DNA of 37,184 nucleotides, from the NCBI GenBank assembly GCA_013349695.1, contig DUZD01000002.1, positions 1-37,184 of the forward strand, read 5' to 3'. Below are positions 7,628 to 16,636 of the stretch, in pieces. The position numbers and the translations under genes were made by a program. Each line of letters opens with the position of its first letter. Within the stretch, counting starts at the first letter, position 1. The notes under the pieces are model-generated. The model saw only the letters and a program-made list of their open reading frames with translations. It was not told the origin of the DNA and did not search any database. The DNA is from Rhodospirillaceae bacterium. Its GTDB lineage: Bacteria > Pseudomonadota > Alphaproteobacteria > Rhodospirillales > 2-02-FULL-58-16.

Positions 7628-7858
7628 AGGCGCACGGAAAATTCCACTCTCGCCTTAACGGCGGCGCGGATTAAGAAATATTTCGTACTTTGAAATCAAA
7701 TATGCCGTTCACCCCCTGAGTAATATTATCAGCTTTGAGCGGCATTATGGTGAAATTGAGATTGGACCGCAACAGTAAATGGCGGTGCTGGATTAGGCAC
7801 ATGTAATGTGACGAACTTCAAAACCATGACACTAGCCGCGGGCAAAAAACACTATGCG

Positions 7859-8335
7859 TCAAGTTGGCGGCGCCCGTCTGGAGGAAGCTGATTTTCTCGC
7901 CGGGTTTCCCATGTATATCCCTGGAGCCGATATATCTTTCGTCACAACGGCGCCGGCGCCGACGACGACATCGCCGCAGATCGATACGGGCAATATGGTG
8001 GCGTTGGAACCGATACAAACATTATTGCCGATATTGGTCGGCCGCCAAAGTTCGGGTCTCTCCCGCGCCGGCCCGCCGTTCCTGAAAAGATCGTTCACGA
8101 ACATCACCCCGTGGGCGATGAAGCAATCATCGCCGATACTCACCAATTCGCAAATGAAGCCGTGAGACTGGATTCGGCAACGCTCCCCAATGATAACGTT
8201 CCTCTGGATTTCAACGAATGGACCGATGAAACAGTCGTTGCCGATGGTGCAGCCGTAAAGATTTACGGGACGCCTGACGGTCACGTTCTTCCCGAAAGTA
8301 ACGTCTACAATGCCAACGTCGTTATATTTAACCAT
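7859..8335 (-). CDS. Left-handed beta-helix (hexapeptide-repeat) sugar N/O-acyltransferase
   Basis: 158 aa with repeated [LIV]-G-x4 hexapeptides (IGNDCFIGPFVEI, IGERCRIQSHGFI, IGDDCFIAHGVMF, IGNNVCIGSNATI). It is immediately downstream of the DegT gene. Confidence 0.8.
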   Translation of the reverse strand: MVKYNDVGIVDVTFGKNVTVRRPVNLYGCTIGNDCFIGPFVEIQRNVIIGERCRIQSHGFICELVSIGDDCFIAHGVMFVNDLFRNGGPARERPELWRPTNIGNNVCIGSNATILPVSICGDVVVGAGAVVTKDISAPGIYMGNPARKSASSRRAPPT

Positions 8336-8367
8336 TCATTGCTACACTTGTTTTGTGTCATTGTTAC

Positions 8368-9504
8368 TTATGGTCCGGATTCGATAAAGCGGGCGAGAAC
8401 GTCAACGACACGCTTAATCTGTTCATCCGTTATTTCAGGATAAATGGGCAGGGAAAGGATCCGCCGATTAACGCCTTCGGAGATGGGAAGGTCGCCTTCC
8501 TTGTATCCGAGATTCCGGTAGCATTTCTGCAAATGCAATGGAATGGGGTAATGGAGTTGCGCCATCACCCCGTTTTCACGCAGATAGGCATGACATGCGT
8601 CCCGATTGTCGATCTGGACGACATAAAGATGATAGACGGGTTCCGCTCCCGGAGCCGCGGCGGGACATTTCACCGGCAGCGGTTCCAGTAATTCGTCATA
8701 GCGGGCGGCGGCCCGGCGTCTCGCTTCGGTCCATTCGCGCAGGTATGGAAGTTTGCGGAGCAGGATAGCCGCCTGCAGCGAATCGAGTCTGGAATTGTAT
8801 CCGACGGTATCGTGGACTCCGGACATGATGGTGCCGTTCTGCCCGTAATTGGAAAAACGCAGCGCCGTTGCCGCCAGATCGTCGTTGTCGGTGAGAATAA
8901 GGCCGCCGTCGCCATAGGCGCCTAGGTTCTTGCTGGGATAAAAGCTGAAACAGGCCATGTCGCCCAACGTTCCGGCAAGTCTGCCTTGTTCTCTCGCCAA
9001 GGGCGCCTGGGCTACGTCTTCAACGATTTTGATGCCTCGGCGTTGGCAGATGGGTCCGATATCCGACATCGGCGCCGGGTGCCCGAACAAGTGGACCGGG
9101 ATCACCGCCTTGGTCCGGGGGGTAAGCGCTTTTTCCAGGGCGGCGGGATCCATCTGATGGGTATCGGGGTTGATCTCCACAAAGACCGGCGTGGCGCCGG
9201 CGTGGGAGATGGCGAATGCCGTGGAAATCCAAGTATTGGGAACCGTAACGACTTCATCCCCCGGGCCGATTTCGAGAGTCCGCACCGATATGGACAGGGC
9301 GTCGGTTCCCGATGCGACGCCAATGGCATGTTTGATATTATGGAGATCGGCGAAGCGTTCCTCGAAGTCGGTCAAGGCGGGGCCTCGAATAAACGCCGCC
9401 TCTTCGGCAACGCTTCTGATCGCCGGCATGACGTCGTTTTCGATTAACGAAAACTGTTTGGCCAAATCCACAAAAGGAATTCGGTCATTCGAATGTTTAC
9501 TCAT
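8368..9504 (-). CDS. DegT/DnrJ/EryC1/StrS-family PLP-dependent sugar aminotransferase
   Basis: 378 aa: IPFVDL…, GVASGTDAL, FSFYPSKNLGAYGDGG (PLP-lysine region), LHYPIPLHLQ. Confidence 0.85.
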   Translation of the reverse strand: MSKHSNDRIPFVDLAKQFSLIENDVMPAIRSVAEEAAFIRGPALTDFEERFADLHNIKHAIGVASGTDALSISVRTLEIGPGDEVVTVPNTWISTAFAISHAGATPVFVEINPDTHQMDPAALEKALTPRTKAVIPVHLFGHPAPMSDIGPICQRRGIKIVEDVAQAPLAREQGRLAGTLGDMACFSFYPSKNLGAYGDGGLILTDNDDLAATALRFSNYGQNGTIMSGVHDTVGYNSRLDSLQAAILLRKLPYLREWTEARRRAAARYDELLEPLPVKCPAAAPGAEPVYHLYVVQIDNRDACHAYLRENGVMAQLHYPIPLHLQKCYRNLGYKEGDLPISEGVNRRILSLPIYPEITDEQIKRVVDVLARFIESGP

Positions 9505-9677
9505 TCGCAGCCCCGCGGAAGAATCGCCCGCCAGCGCCTTACGGTTTAGAACTGGAGATTGGGCCTACCGCGAAAGCCCGTTTTTTTAAAGAACGGCGCG
9601 TCGGATGCATTGGCCCCTTTTCAATTTCGCTCAGTATCCCATCTTCAAGTTGACGATTCCAGTTATTCGGATAGGCT

Positions 9678-10376
9678 CTAAGTATCCCGTTGTTCCTTCT
9701 CGAAGCCGGACAGCACCTGGCGGACCAGGGGCACGGTGATGTCGCGGCGGGCGGCCAGGGAGCGGGCGTCGATCGCCGCGACCAGACGTTGCGCCGCCTC
9801 GAAGGAGCGTTCCATGCGGGCCAGCATGTAATCGACGATCTCGCCGTCGATCCTTAGTTGGCGGTCGCTGAAAAGTTTCACGACAACCGCCGCGATGAGG
9901 GCGTCGTCGGGCGGCTCGATGCCGATCGCCGGGGCGGCGTTGAGACGCGAGCGAAGGTCGGCGAGCGCCACCCGCCAGCGGGCCGGCGGGCGGCGCGCCG
10001 TCAGCATCATCCGGGAACCGGTTTCCTCGACCGTGTTGTAAAGGTGCAAAAGCGGTTCCTCGAGACCGCTATCGAGAAAGGCCGCCGCGCCGTCAAGCAG
10101 GCAGGCTGAAGTGCCTTCGAGAAGTCGCGGCGGTTCCGTCCGGGCAAGTTGTTCCGGGGTGATGGCCCGTCCTTCGCTCAAACCCAGGAAGACTTGGCCC
10201 AGATGGGTCTTGCCGCAACCGGCGGGGCCAAAGAGGATCAGAGCCGGCATTGGCCAGTCGGGCCAGCGATCGATCCAGGCAACGGCCTCGGCGTTGCCGG
10301 GCGCGGCCAGGAAATCCTCGCCCGACAAAGCCGGCCGGTGACCGAAAGCCAAAGGTATCTGCCGATAAGCGCTCAC
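9678..10376 (-). CDS. hda: DnaA regulatory inactivator Hda
   Basis: GTG at 10376 overlaps the upstream gene's stop (GTGA). The product VSAYRQIPLAFGHRPALSGEDFLAAPGNAEA...LILFGPAGCGKTHL is Hda-like (Walker A, about 232 aa). The longer 329-aa track ORF has an Arg/Gly-rich N-terminal extension overlapping the neighbouring gene. Confidence 0.8.
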   Translation of the reverse strand: MSAYRQIPLAFGHRPALSGEDFLAAPGNAEAVAWIDRWPDWPMPALILFGPAGCGKTHLGQVFLGLSEGRAITPEQLARTEPPRLLEGTSACLLDGAAAFLDSGLEEPLLHLYNTVEETGSRMMLTARRPPARWRVALADLRSRLNAAPAIGIEPPDDALIAAVVVKLFSDRQLRIDGEIVDYMLARMERSFEAAQRLVAAIDARSLAARRDITVPLVRQVLSGFEKEQRDT

Positions 10377-11455
10377 CGCCCATCCTTGTCGGCGGGCGCC
10401 GCCCGCAAAGACTCTTCGCCGCGATAGAAACGGCTTCGCAAATAGCGCTCGACGGCGAAGCGGACCATGACGCCGATCACGGCGGCCGCCGGCACCGCCA
10501 GCAAAATGCCGGTGAATCCAAAGAGGGCGCCACCGGCCAGCAAGGCGAAAATGATCCAAATGGGTTGCAGGCCCACCCGGCCGCCTACCAGCTTTGGCGT
10601 CAGAACGTAACTTTCCGCCGCATGGCCGACGAGGAAAACCACCGCCACCAGGACGGACGGCGTCCATTCGGAGAACTGGACCAACGCAATACCCATTGCC
10701 GCGGCGACCCCCGCCAAGGCGCCGACATAAGGAATGAACGAGATCAAACCGGCGCCGATGCCGACCAGAAGTCCGGATTGCAGCCCCACCAGGGTCAGGC
10801 AGACGCCGTAGAAACCGGCCAAGACCAAGCAGACGCTCGCTTGCCCGCGCACGAACCCGGCGATGGTGCGGTCGATTTCCGCGACTTGCACGCGGATTGT
10901 CGGCGCCGATTCACGGGGCAGCAAATCGTCCAGACGGGCAACGATGAGATCCCAATCGCGCAATATGTAGAAGGCGACAACCGGCGTGATGAGCACTAAA
11001 GACAGGAGTTGGAATAAAGCTAGGCCCTCTCTCCATAAACCGGCGAGCAGACCGAGGATCCATTGCACGGCCTCGCTGGTGAAGGATCCGGCCGTGTCGC
11101 GCAGCTGCTCAAGGGTGTCGGGAGGAAGGTCGGCCCACATCTGTTTCAGGAGAGGCTCGGCCTGAAGGCGGAGCGTCTCGATCAGATCCGGTAAACGGGT
11201 GAAAAGCCCGACCACCTGGCCTTGCAACAGCGGAAACAGAAAGATCGCCAGAGCTACCGCCGCGACGAAGAAGGCGGCGAGAATGAGAACCGTCGCCAAT
11301 GTCCTGGAAACGCCCCATTTCTCCAGACGGTCGGCGACCGGGTCAAGGAAATAGGCCACGGCCATTCCCGCCACGAAAGGAAATAGCACGCTGCTGAGCA
11401 GGGAAAGCAGCGCCAAGAACACCGCCAAGCCGGTAAACCAAATAGCGGTGTGCAT
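10373..11455 (-). CDS. AI-2E family (PerM/UPF0118) transporter
   Basis: Polytopic membrane protein. Start chosen at ATG 11455 (MHTAIWFTGLAVFLALL), 8 nt after the upstream stop, with AGGGGA upstream. The track start at 11503 would overlap the upstream gene by 40 nt. Confidence 0.8.
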   Translation of the reverse strand: MHTAIWFTGLAVFLALLSLLSSVLFPFVAGMAVAYFLDPVADRLEKWGVSRTLATVLILAAFFVAAVALAIFLFPLLQGQVVGLFTRLPDLIETLRLQAEPLLKQMWADLPPDTLEQLRDTAGSFTSEAVQWILGLLAGLWREGLALFQLLSLVLITPVVAFYILRDWDLIVARLDDLLPRESAPTIRVQVAEIDRTIAGFVRGQASVCLVLAGFYGVCLTLVGLQSGLLVGIGAGLISFIPYVGALAGVAAAMGIALVQFSEWTPSVLVAVVFLVGHAAESYVLTPKLVGGRVGLQPIWIIFALLAGGALFGFTGILLAVPAAAVIGVMVRFAVERYLRSRFYRGEESLRAAPADKDGR

Positions 11456-11463
11456 TCCCCTTG

Positions 11464-12045
11464 TCACTTTTGGTCCTCTATGTCGGCGGCGCGGCCGGTC
11501 CATTTGACCACATAGAGCAAACCGGAAAGAACCGTGGTCACGGCGACAACAACGGCCAAGACGTCGACGACCCCCGGATCCCTGACTTCAAAGCCGTTAA
11601 AGCCAAGGGCGACGGCGGCGAGTACGATTTGGGCAACGGTGTTGACCTTGCTGATTTTCAGGGGTTCCATGGTCAGCGAATGGGTCAGGGTTTCGAACAA
11701 GAGGGCGCCGCCGACGATCACGGCATCGCGGAAAACCACCAGGATCACCAGCCAGGTTTGCAAAAACCCTACTTGCCCCAAAGTGACGAAGACGCTGACC
11801 AGGAGCGCCTTGTCGGCAATCGGGTCGAGGAATTTCCCGAGTACGGTTTCGGCGTTGAAGCGTTTGGCGATGAACCCGTCGGCCGCGTCGCTGACGCCGG
11901 CGGCGATGAATAGCCAAAAAGCACCCTGGATTTCACCCGCCAGGATCAGCCAAACGGCGACCGGCACGGAGAGCAGGCGGGCGAGAGAGATGAGGTTGGG
12001 AATATTCACGGGTTTAGCGCCCCGGCCCTGATGTGCACAAACCAA
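11464..12045 (-). CDS. CDP-alcohol phosphatidyltransferase family protein
   Basis: DGFIAKRFNAETVLGKFLDPIADK matches the D-G-x2-A-R-x8-G-x3-D-x3-D signature. The start is uncertain (TTG 12045 or GTG 12009). Confidence 0.8.
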   Translation of the reverse strand: MVCAHQGRGAKPVNIPNLISLARLLSVPVAVWLILAGEIQGAFWLFIAAGVSDAADGFIAKRFNAETVLGKFLDPIADKALLVSVFVTLGQVGFLQTWLVILVVFRDAVIVGGALLFETLTHSLTMEPLKISKVNTVAQIVLAAVALGFNGFEVRDPGVVDVLAVVVAVTTVLSGLLYVVKWTGRAADIEDQK

Positions 12046-12057
12046 TGAGACGGAACA

Positions 12058-13197
12058 CTATGTCCCCCCTTGCCGGGCAACGGAGGACAGCCCCAGAATC
12101 CAGCTGTCGCCTTCCCTGGTAATGATCAGGTCGGCTTGTTCCAATGCCAGGGCAAGTTGTTCCGGCTCGCCGATGTAATGCAGGTTGACTCTCACTTCGT
12201 CTCGGGACAACAGCACAAGATCGACACGGCTTATGACGGCGACACCGGCGAGATGTTCACGCACCTTGAGCCAGTCCGCCAATCCCCCGATCCGCACCGT
12301 CACCGCGACCACGGCCTGTTGACCGAATCGCAACAGGTTGTCCCGCTTCCAGTTATCATTGACTTGGCTGATCAGCTCGTTCGCCGCCCGTGTCAACAGG
12401 CTTTGCAGGTTTTCGCTGGCGACCGGGGAAAAGGTCTTGACCATGGTCTGTTCCACTTGCGCCGTACCATAACGGGTCACAAAGACCTCCAGGTCGGACC
12501 GGCCACGGGCATTCATGCGCAGAGCCCCATGAGCGACAAGGGTATCACCGGCGCCATAACGCGCCGCAATGGCGTCCAAGCGCTGAATGTCGCCGTTTAG
12601 CGCCTGTTCGGGCCCGATGGCGGCAATGTCCGGCAGGTCTCCCCTGGGCAGCACCAACGGCACCAGGCCGTCTTGCTCCGGAAACGCCCCCCAGGCTTCC
12701 CGCCAAGGATTGGGATCGTCGAACAGGAGCAGCGCGCCCGCCGCTTGATAGACGGGCAGAACCAGGACCGGTTTTGAAAGGGTCTCGGCGAAAGGAATCC
12801 GATCATAGATCAGCAACCGGCGCAGGGCTGCTTTTTTGAAGCGGAAATTCAGAATGGCAATGTAGCGCACCGCCGAGACTTTTTCTTCGGCGACGGAAAA
12901 GTCTTTCACATAGGCCGAAATCCCGTCTCGGCTCAATTCAGGCAAGCGGGCATGATCGGAACTCAGAGTCAGGCGCTCAAAGAGCCGGCGGAAAGCAGTG
13001 GCCTCGCCGCCGGCAAGAGCCATTTCCCGCGCCGCCGCCGCCGTTTCGGAGGTGACGTCGACAGCGACTCCGCGGATTTCGAAGACATCCTCCACTTGCG
13101 CCCGCGCCGCTTGGGTGGCAGCCAACTGCAAAACCAAGTACACCAAGACAACGGTGGCGATCCGGCGCCGAGCGAGAGGCATGCGGCGATCGATCAT
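12058..13197 (-). CDS. Secreted DUF2066-like protein
   Basis: Start taken at ATG 13197 (MIDRRMPLARRRIATVVLVYLVLQLAATQAARAQ, signal-like). The upstream part of the 535-aa track ORF runs antisense into purM. Its position between the phosphatidyltransferase gene and purM matches the conserved proteobacterial purM neighbourhood as I recall it. Confidence 0.6.
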   Translation of the reverse strand: MIDRRMPLARRRIATVVLVYLVLQLAATQAARAQVEDVFEIRGVAVDVTSETAAAAREMALAGGEATAFRRLFERLTLSSDHARLPELSRDGISAYVKDFSVAEEKVSAVRYIAILNFRFKKAALRRLLIYDRIPFAETLSKPVLVLPVYQAAGALLLFDDPNPWREAWGAFPEQDGLVPLVLPRGDLPDIAAIGPEQALNGDIQRLDAIAARYGAGDTLVAHGALRMNARGRSDLEVFVTRYGTAQVEQTMVKTFSPVASENLQSLLTRAANELISQVNDNWKRDNLLRFGQQAVVAVTVRIGGLADWLKVREHLAGVAVISRVDLVLLSRDEVRVNLHYIGEPEQLALALEQADLIITREGDSWILGLSSVARQGGT

Positions 13198-13257
13198 TGC
13201 ACAGAGTCCTTGATACGGTATTTTCGATCCCCTGAGAGGTAGGTAATTTAACACACC

Positions 13258-14337
13258 ATGGCCAAGGGAAAAGGTATTAGCACTTTTCGCTACAAGAATG
13301 CCGGCGTCGATATAGATGCCGGCGCCGACCTTGTCGAGGCCATCAAGCCCCTGGGGCGATCCACGCACCGCCCAGGTGTCGCATCGGACCTTGGCGGTTT
13401 CGGCGCTCTGTTCGATCTCAAGAACGCCGGCCACGGCGATTCTATCCTGGTCGCCAGTACCGACGGGGTCGGCACCAAGCTGAAAGTGGCCGTTGCCATG
13501 GGCAAACACGACACCGTCGGCATCGACCTGGTCGCCATGTGCGTCAACGACCTGGTGGTGCAAGGCGCCGAGCCGCTGTTCTTCCTCGATTACCTGGCGA
13601 CGGCCAAATTGGACTTGGCCGTGGCGAAAAGCATCGTTTCCGGCATCGCCGAGGGCTGCAAGCAAGCCGGCTGCGCCCTGATCGGCGGCGAAACCGCGGA
13701 AATGCCGGGAATGTACGGGCCAGGCGATTACGATCTTGCCGGTTTCGCCGTTGGCGCCGTCCAGCGAGGAAGCGTTTTGACCGGCGGCACGGTTTCCGAT
13801 GGTGACAGCATCCTCGGGCTCGCTTCAAATGGACTCCATTGCAACGGCTTTTCCCTGGTCCGCCGCATCATCGAGGAAGCCGGACTCGATTATGCCCAGC
13901 CGGCTCCCTTCGCCAGCGGCCTCGGCCTCGGCCAAGCGCTGCTGGAACCGACCCGGATCTACGTGAAAAGCTGTCTCGCCGCCATCGGCGGCGGCGTCAG
14001 GGCGTTGGCCCATATCACCGGCGGCGGGCTGGTCGAGAATATCCCCCGTGTCCTCCCCGCGTCCCTTTGCGCCGAAATCGACGCCACGTCCTGGACCCCG
14101 CCCGAGGTCTTCACTTGGCTGGCCAAGACAGGCGACATCCAGGCGAACGAGATGACGCGGACCTTCAATTGCGGCATCGGCATGGCGGTGGTGGTGGCGG
14201 CGGAGCGGACGGCCGAGGTCACCGAGGTGTTGACGCGGCAAGGGGAAACCGTGATCCCCATCGGAACCGTCAAGCGGCGTCCTGAAAACGGCCCGGCGGT
14301 CGTTATCAAAGGGGTGGAGGAAGCATGGTCCGGATAA
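13258..14337 (+). CDS. purM: Phosphoribosylformylglycinamidine cyclo-ligase (AIR synthetase)
   Basis: [20 protein letters not shown]..., [11 protein letters not shown] and GVGTKLK are canonical PurM blocks. Confidence 0.95.
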   Translation: MAKGKGISTFRYKNAGVDIDAGADLVEAIKPLGRSTHRPGVASDLGGFGALFDLKNAGHGDSILVASTDGVGTKLKVAVAMGKHDTVGIDLVAMCVNDLVVQGAEPLFFLDYLATAKLDLAVAKSIVSGIAEGCKQAGCALIGGETAEMPGMYGPGDYDLAGFAVGAVQRGSVLTGGTVSDGDSILGLASNGLHCNGFSLVRRIIEEAGLDYAQPAPFASGLGLGQALLEPTRIYVKSCLAAIGGGVRALAHITGGGLVENIPRVLPASLCAEIDATSWTPPEVFTWLAKTGDIQANEMTRTFNCGIGMAVVVAAERTAEVTEVLTRQGETVIPIGTVKRRPENGPAVVIKGVEEAWSG

Positions 14338-14993
14338 AACTGGCCGTCTTGATTTCCGGCCGCGGCAGCAACCTGCAATCCCTGATCGACGCTTGCGCCG
14401 AGGAATCCTTTCCGGCCCGCATCGTACAGGTGATTTCCAACGTTCCCGGCGTCGCCGGGCTGGGGCGCGCGGAGGCGGCCGGCATCCCGGCGGCCGTCGT
14501 CGATCACAAAGCTTTCGAGGATCGGCAAAGCTTCGAGGCGGGGCTCAACGAAGCCCTCGAGAAAAGCGGGGTGGATTTGATCTGTCTGGCGGGCTTCAAG
14601 CGCTTGTTGACCGACGGTTTCATCAATCCCTGGCGTGATCGGCTGATCAACATTCACCCTTCGTTGCTGCCGGCGTTCAAGGGCGTGCACGCGCACGAGC
14701 AGGTCGTTGAATCGGGGGCGCGCTTTTCCGGCTGCACGGTTCATTTCGTCCGCCCGGACATGGACGACGGCCCGGTCATCATCCAGGCCGTCGTACCCGT
14801 GCACGGCGACGACGACGCCGATGCCTTGGCCGCCCGGATCCTCGCCCAGGAACACCGCATCTATCCGCGGGCGGTGCGGCTGTTTGCCGAAAAACGGCTG
14901 CGCATCGCCGGCGGGCGCGTCCTTATCGACGGTGCCGGGGCACCCGAAGGAGCGCTTGTGAATCCCTGTGCCGATGGCGGCCGGCGAAAATAA
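14325..14993 (+). CDS. purN: Phosphoribosylglycinamide formyltransferase
   Basis: [37 protein letters not shown]...DDGPVI. It overlaps purM by 13 nt. Confidence 0.95.
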   Translation: MVRIKLAVLISGRGSNLQSLIDACAEESFPARIVQVISNVPGVAGLGRAEAAGIPAAVVDHKAFEDRQSFEAGLNEALEKSGVDLICLAGFKRLLTDGFINPWRDRLINIHPSLLPAFKGVHAHEQVVESGARFSGCTVHFVRPDMDDGPVIIQAVVPVHGDDDADALAARILAQEHRIYPRAVRLFAEKRLRIAGGRVLIDGAGAPEGALVNPCADGGRRK

Positions 14994-15074
14994 ACCAAGC
15001 AAGTGATTCCCGGCGCGGAATGATGGAAAGTCGGCCGGAGGCGGCCGCGTCTGATGTCTAGAGCGGGCTTTGCA

Positions 15075-15497
15075 TCAACCGACGATTTCCGACTCGGCAA
15101 AGAAAAAGGCGATTTCCTTGGCCGCGTTATCTAGCGAATCGGATCCATGCACCGAGTTTTCCTGAACGTTGACGCCAAGTTCCTTGCGGATGGTGCCCTC
15201 TTCGCCATTAGCCGGATTGGTGGCGCCCATGACTTGGCGGTTCTTGGCAATGGCCTCTTCACCTTCAAGGACCTGGACCACCACCGGACCGGAAATCATG
15301 TAATCGCAGAGTTCATTGAAAAAAGACCGTTCGGCATGGACGGCGTAAAAAACCTCTGCCTGTTGACGGGTCAGGTGAAGACGCTTCTGGGCGACGATGC
15401 GCAGCCCGGCCTCTTCAAAAAAGGTGTTGATCTTGCCCGTGATGTTACGGGCCGTGGCGTCCGGCTTGATGATCGACAAGGTGCGTTCGACATCCAT
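15075..15497 (-). CDS. ndk: Nucleoside diphosphate kinase
   Basis: [11 protein letters not shown]..., NSVHGSDS (active-site His), 140 aa. Confidence 0.95.
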   Translation of the reverse strand: MDVERTLSIIKPDATARNITGKINTFFEEAGLRIVAQKRLHLTRQQAEVFYAVHAERSFFNELCDYMISGPVVVQVLEGEEAIAKNRQVMGATNPANGEEGTIRKELGVNVQENSVHGSDSLDNAAKEIAFFFAESEIVG

Positions 15498-15659
15498 GCC
15501 CTGAAAACCTCATTTGGATTTGAAATATGATTGAAACGAAAGTACTCCCCAACTCCCGTCCGGCCGGTCCCTTGTCAGGGCTTTTGTTCTCCGATACCCG
15601 GGCAGGAGCCGCGGGTTATATCCTTATTCCATGACCGGGGGCAACCCAATCCTGGCGGC

Positions 15660-15772
15660 ATTTGGAAATTCGGTGACAGCATACTTAATTCGCGCCCCCT
15701 TGCGGCGGACAGAGATGGAATTTCAGTAATCCCTGATATTGAATTAAGTATGCTGTCACCGAATTTCCAAAT
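15660..15772. repeat. AT-rich 32-bp perfect inverted repeat with 49-nt loop (element A)
   Basis: ATTTGGAAATTCGGTGACAGCATACTTAATTC (15660-15691) is the exact reverse complement of 15741-15772. Its last base is the first base of the pfkB stop-codon triplet (15772-15774). Confidence 0.9.
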
Positions 15773-16614
15773 TAAACGAGGCTTTTTATAGCCTCAATGG
15801 GAAGCGTCGAGCTTTCCCATTTAGTCGCCTCCGCGCCCCAGGCGCAAGCCGTGGTAAGCGCCTGGTTCATATCGGCGCCGGAGACCAGGGCATGGATAAG
15901 CCCGGCGGCGAACGCATCGCCGGCGCCGGTGGTGTCGATGGCTTTCACTTTCGGCGCCGGAACGGACAAATGATCGTCAAGGGCATAAGCCGTGGCGCCG
16001 TTTTCACCCCGCGTGACGATCACCCACTCAAGAGCGTTCCCGGCGACCCGGCGGCCCGCCTCGAAAGGTTCGTTGAGCATCAAAGCCTCAAGGTCCGATT
16101 GGGAAGCGACCAGAATGTGAGCCGGCCGGACGCCGTCGCCGCAAGGCGGCATATGGGCGATAACGCGGCAGGATTGCATCTTGGCATCGAGAAGCGGGCC
16201 CAGGTCTGGAGACCAGCTTCGTACGTAAAGGCTATCCGCGGCCACGTTGAGGAGACGCGCCGGCGGTTTCGTCTCTTGGCAGCGGTTGAGATTGACGATG
16301 GTGCGCTCGCCTTCGGGATCGATCATCACCACCGAGCGGGTCGACGCCCCTTCGACGGTGATGATTTGCGAGCTGTCGATGCCGTTGGCGGTTAATTCCG
16401 CCAGCAGTTCCCGGCCCACCCTGTCGTTGCCAGTGGCGGAGACGATTACCGTCTCGTGACCGGCGCGGGCCAGGGCGACACCGGTGTTCGAGGCACCGCC
16501 GCCGAGACGCTCTCCCAGCCATTCGCCTTGCATGTGGGTGCCGGCGTGAAAAGGCGTGCCGAGGCGGATCACCTCGTCCCTGGCCACCGAACCGACAACA
16601 AGGATGCGCGCCAT
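15772..16614 (-). CDS. pfkB-family carbohydrate/nucleoside kinase (ribokinase-like)
   Basis: Start chosen at ATG 16614 (MARILVVGSVARDEV...). It has GGGASNTGVALARAG and C-terminal DTTGAGDAFAAG motifs. The track ORF's extra 22 N-terminal codons run into repeat element B. Confidence 0.8.
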   Translation of the reverse strand: MARILVVGSVARDEVIRLGTPFHAGTHMQGEWLGERLGGGASNTGVALARAGHETVIVSATGNDRVGRELLAELTANGIDSSQIITVEGASTRSVVMIDPEGERTIVNLNRCQETKPPARLLNVAADSLYVRSWSPDLGPLLDAKMQSCRVIAHMPPCGDGVRPAHILVASQSDLEALMLNEPFEAGRRVAGNALEWVIVTRGENGATAYALDDHLSVPAPKVKAIDTTGAGDAFAAGLIHALVSGADMNQALTTACAWGAEATKWESSTLPIEAIKSLV

Positions 16615-16636
16615 TCGCCCGCCGCGCCCCCCGCTC

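Noticed and set aside
9678-10667. 329-aa version of the hda ORF
   Set aside because: The first ~97 codons are Arg/Gly-rich, overlap the AI-2E transporter gene and precede the recognisable Hda N-terminus. The GTG at 10376 with GTGA stop/start overlap gives a normal-length Hda.
12058-13665. 535-aa version of the DUF2066 ORF extending antisense into purM
   Set aside because: The extension overlaps the purM coding region on the opposite strand and lacks a signal peptide. ATG 13197 gives a signal-peptide-like N-terminus and a sensible divergent promoter gap.
15531-15791. 86-aa plus-strand ORF spanning element A
   Set aside because: It reads straight through both arms of the inverted repeat. It has no RBS and no recognisable motif, and it overlaps the 3' end of pfkB.
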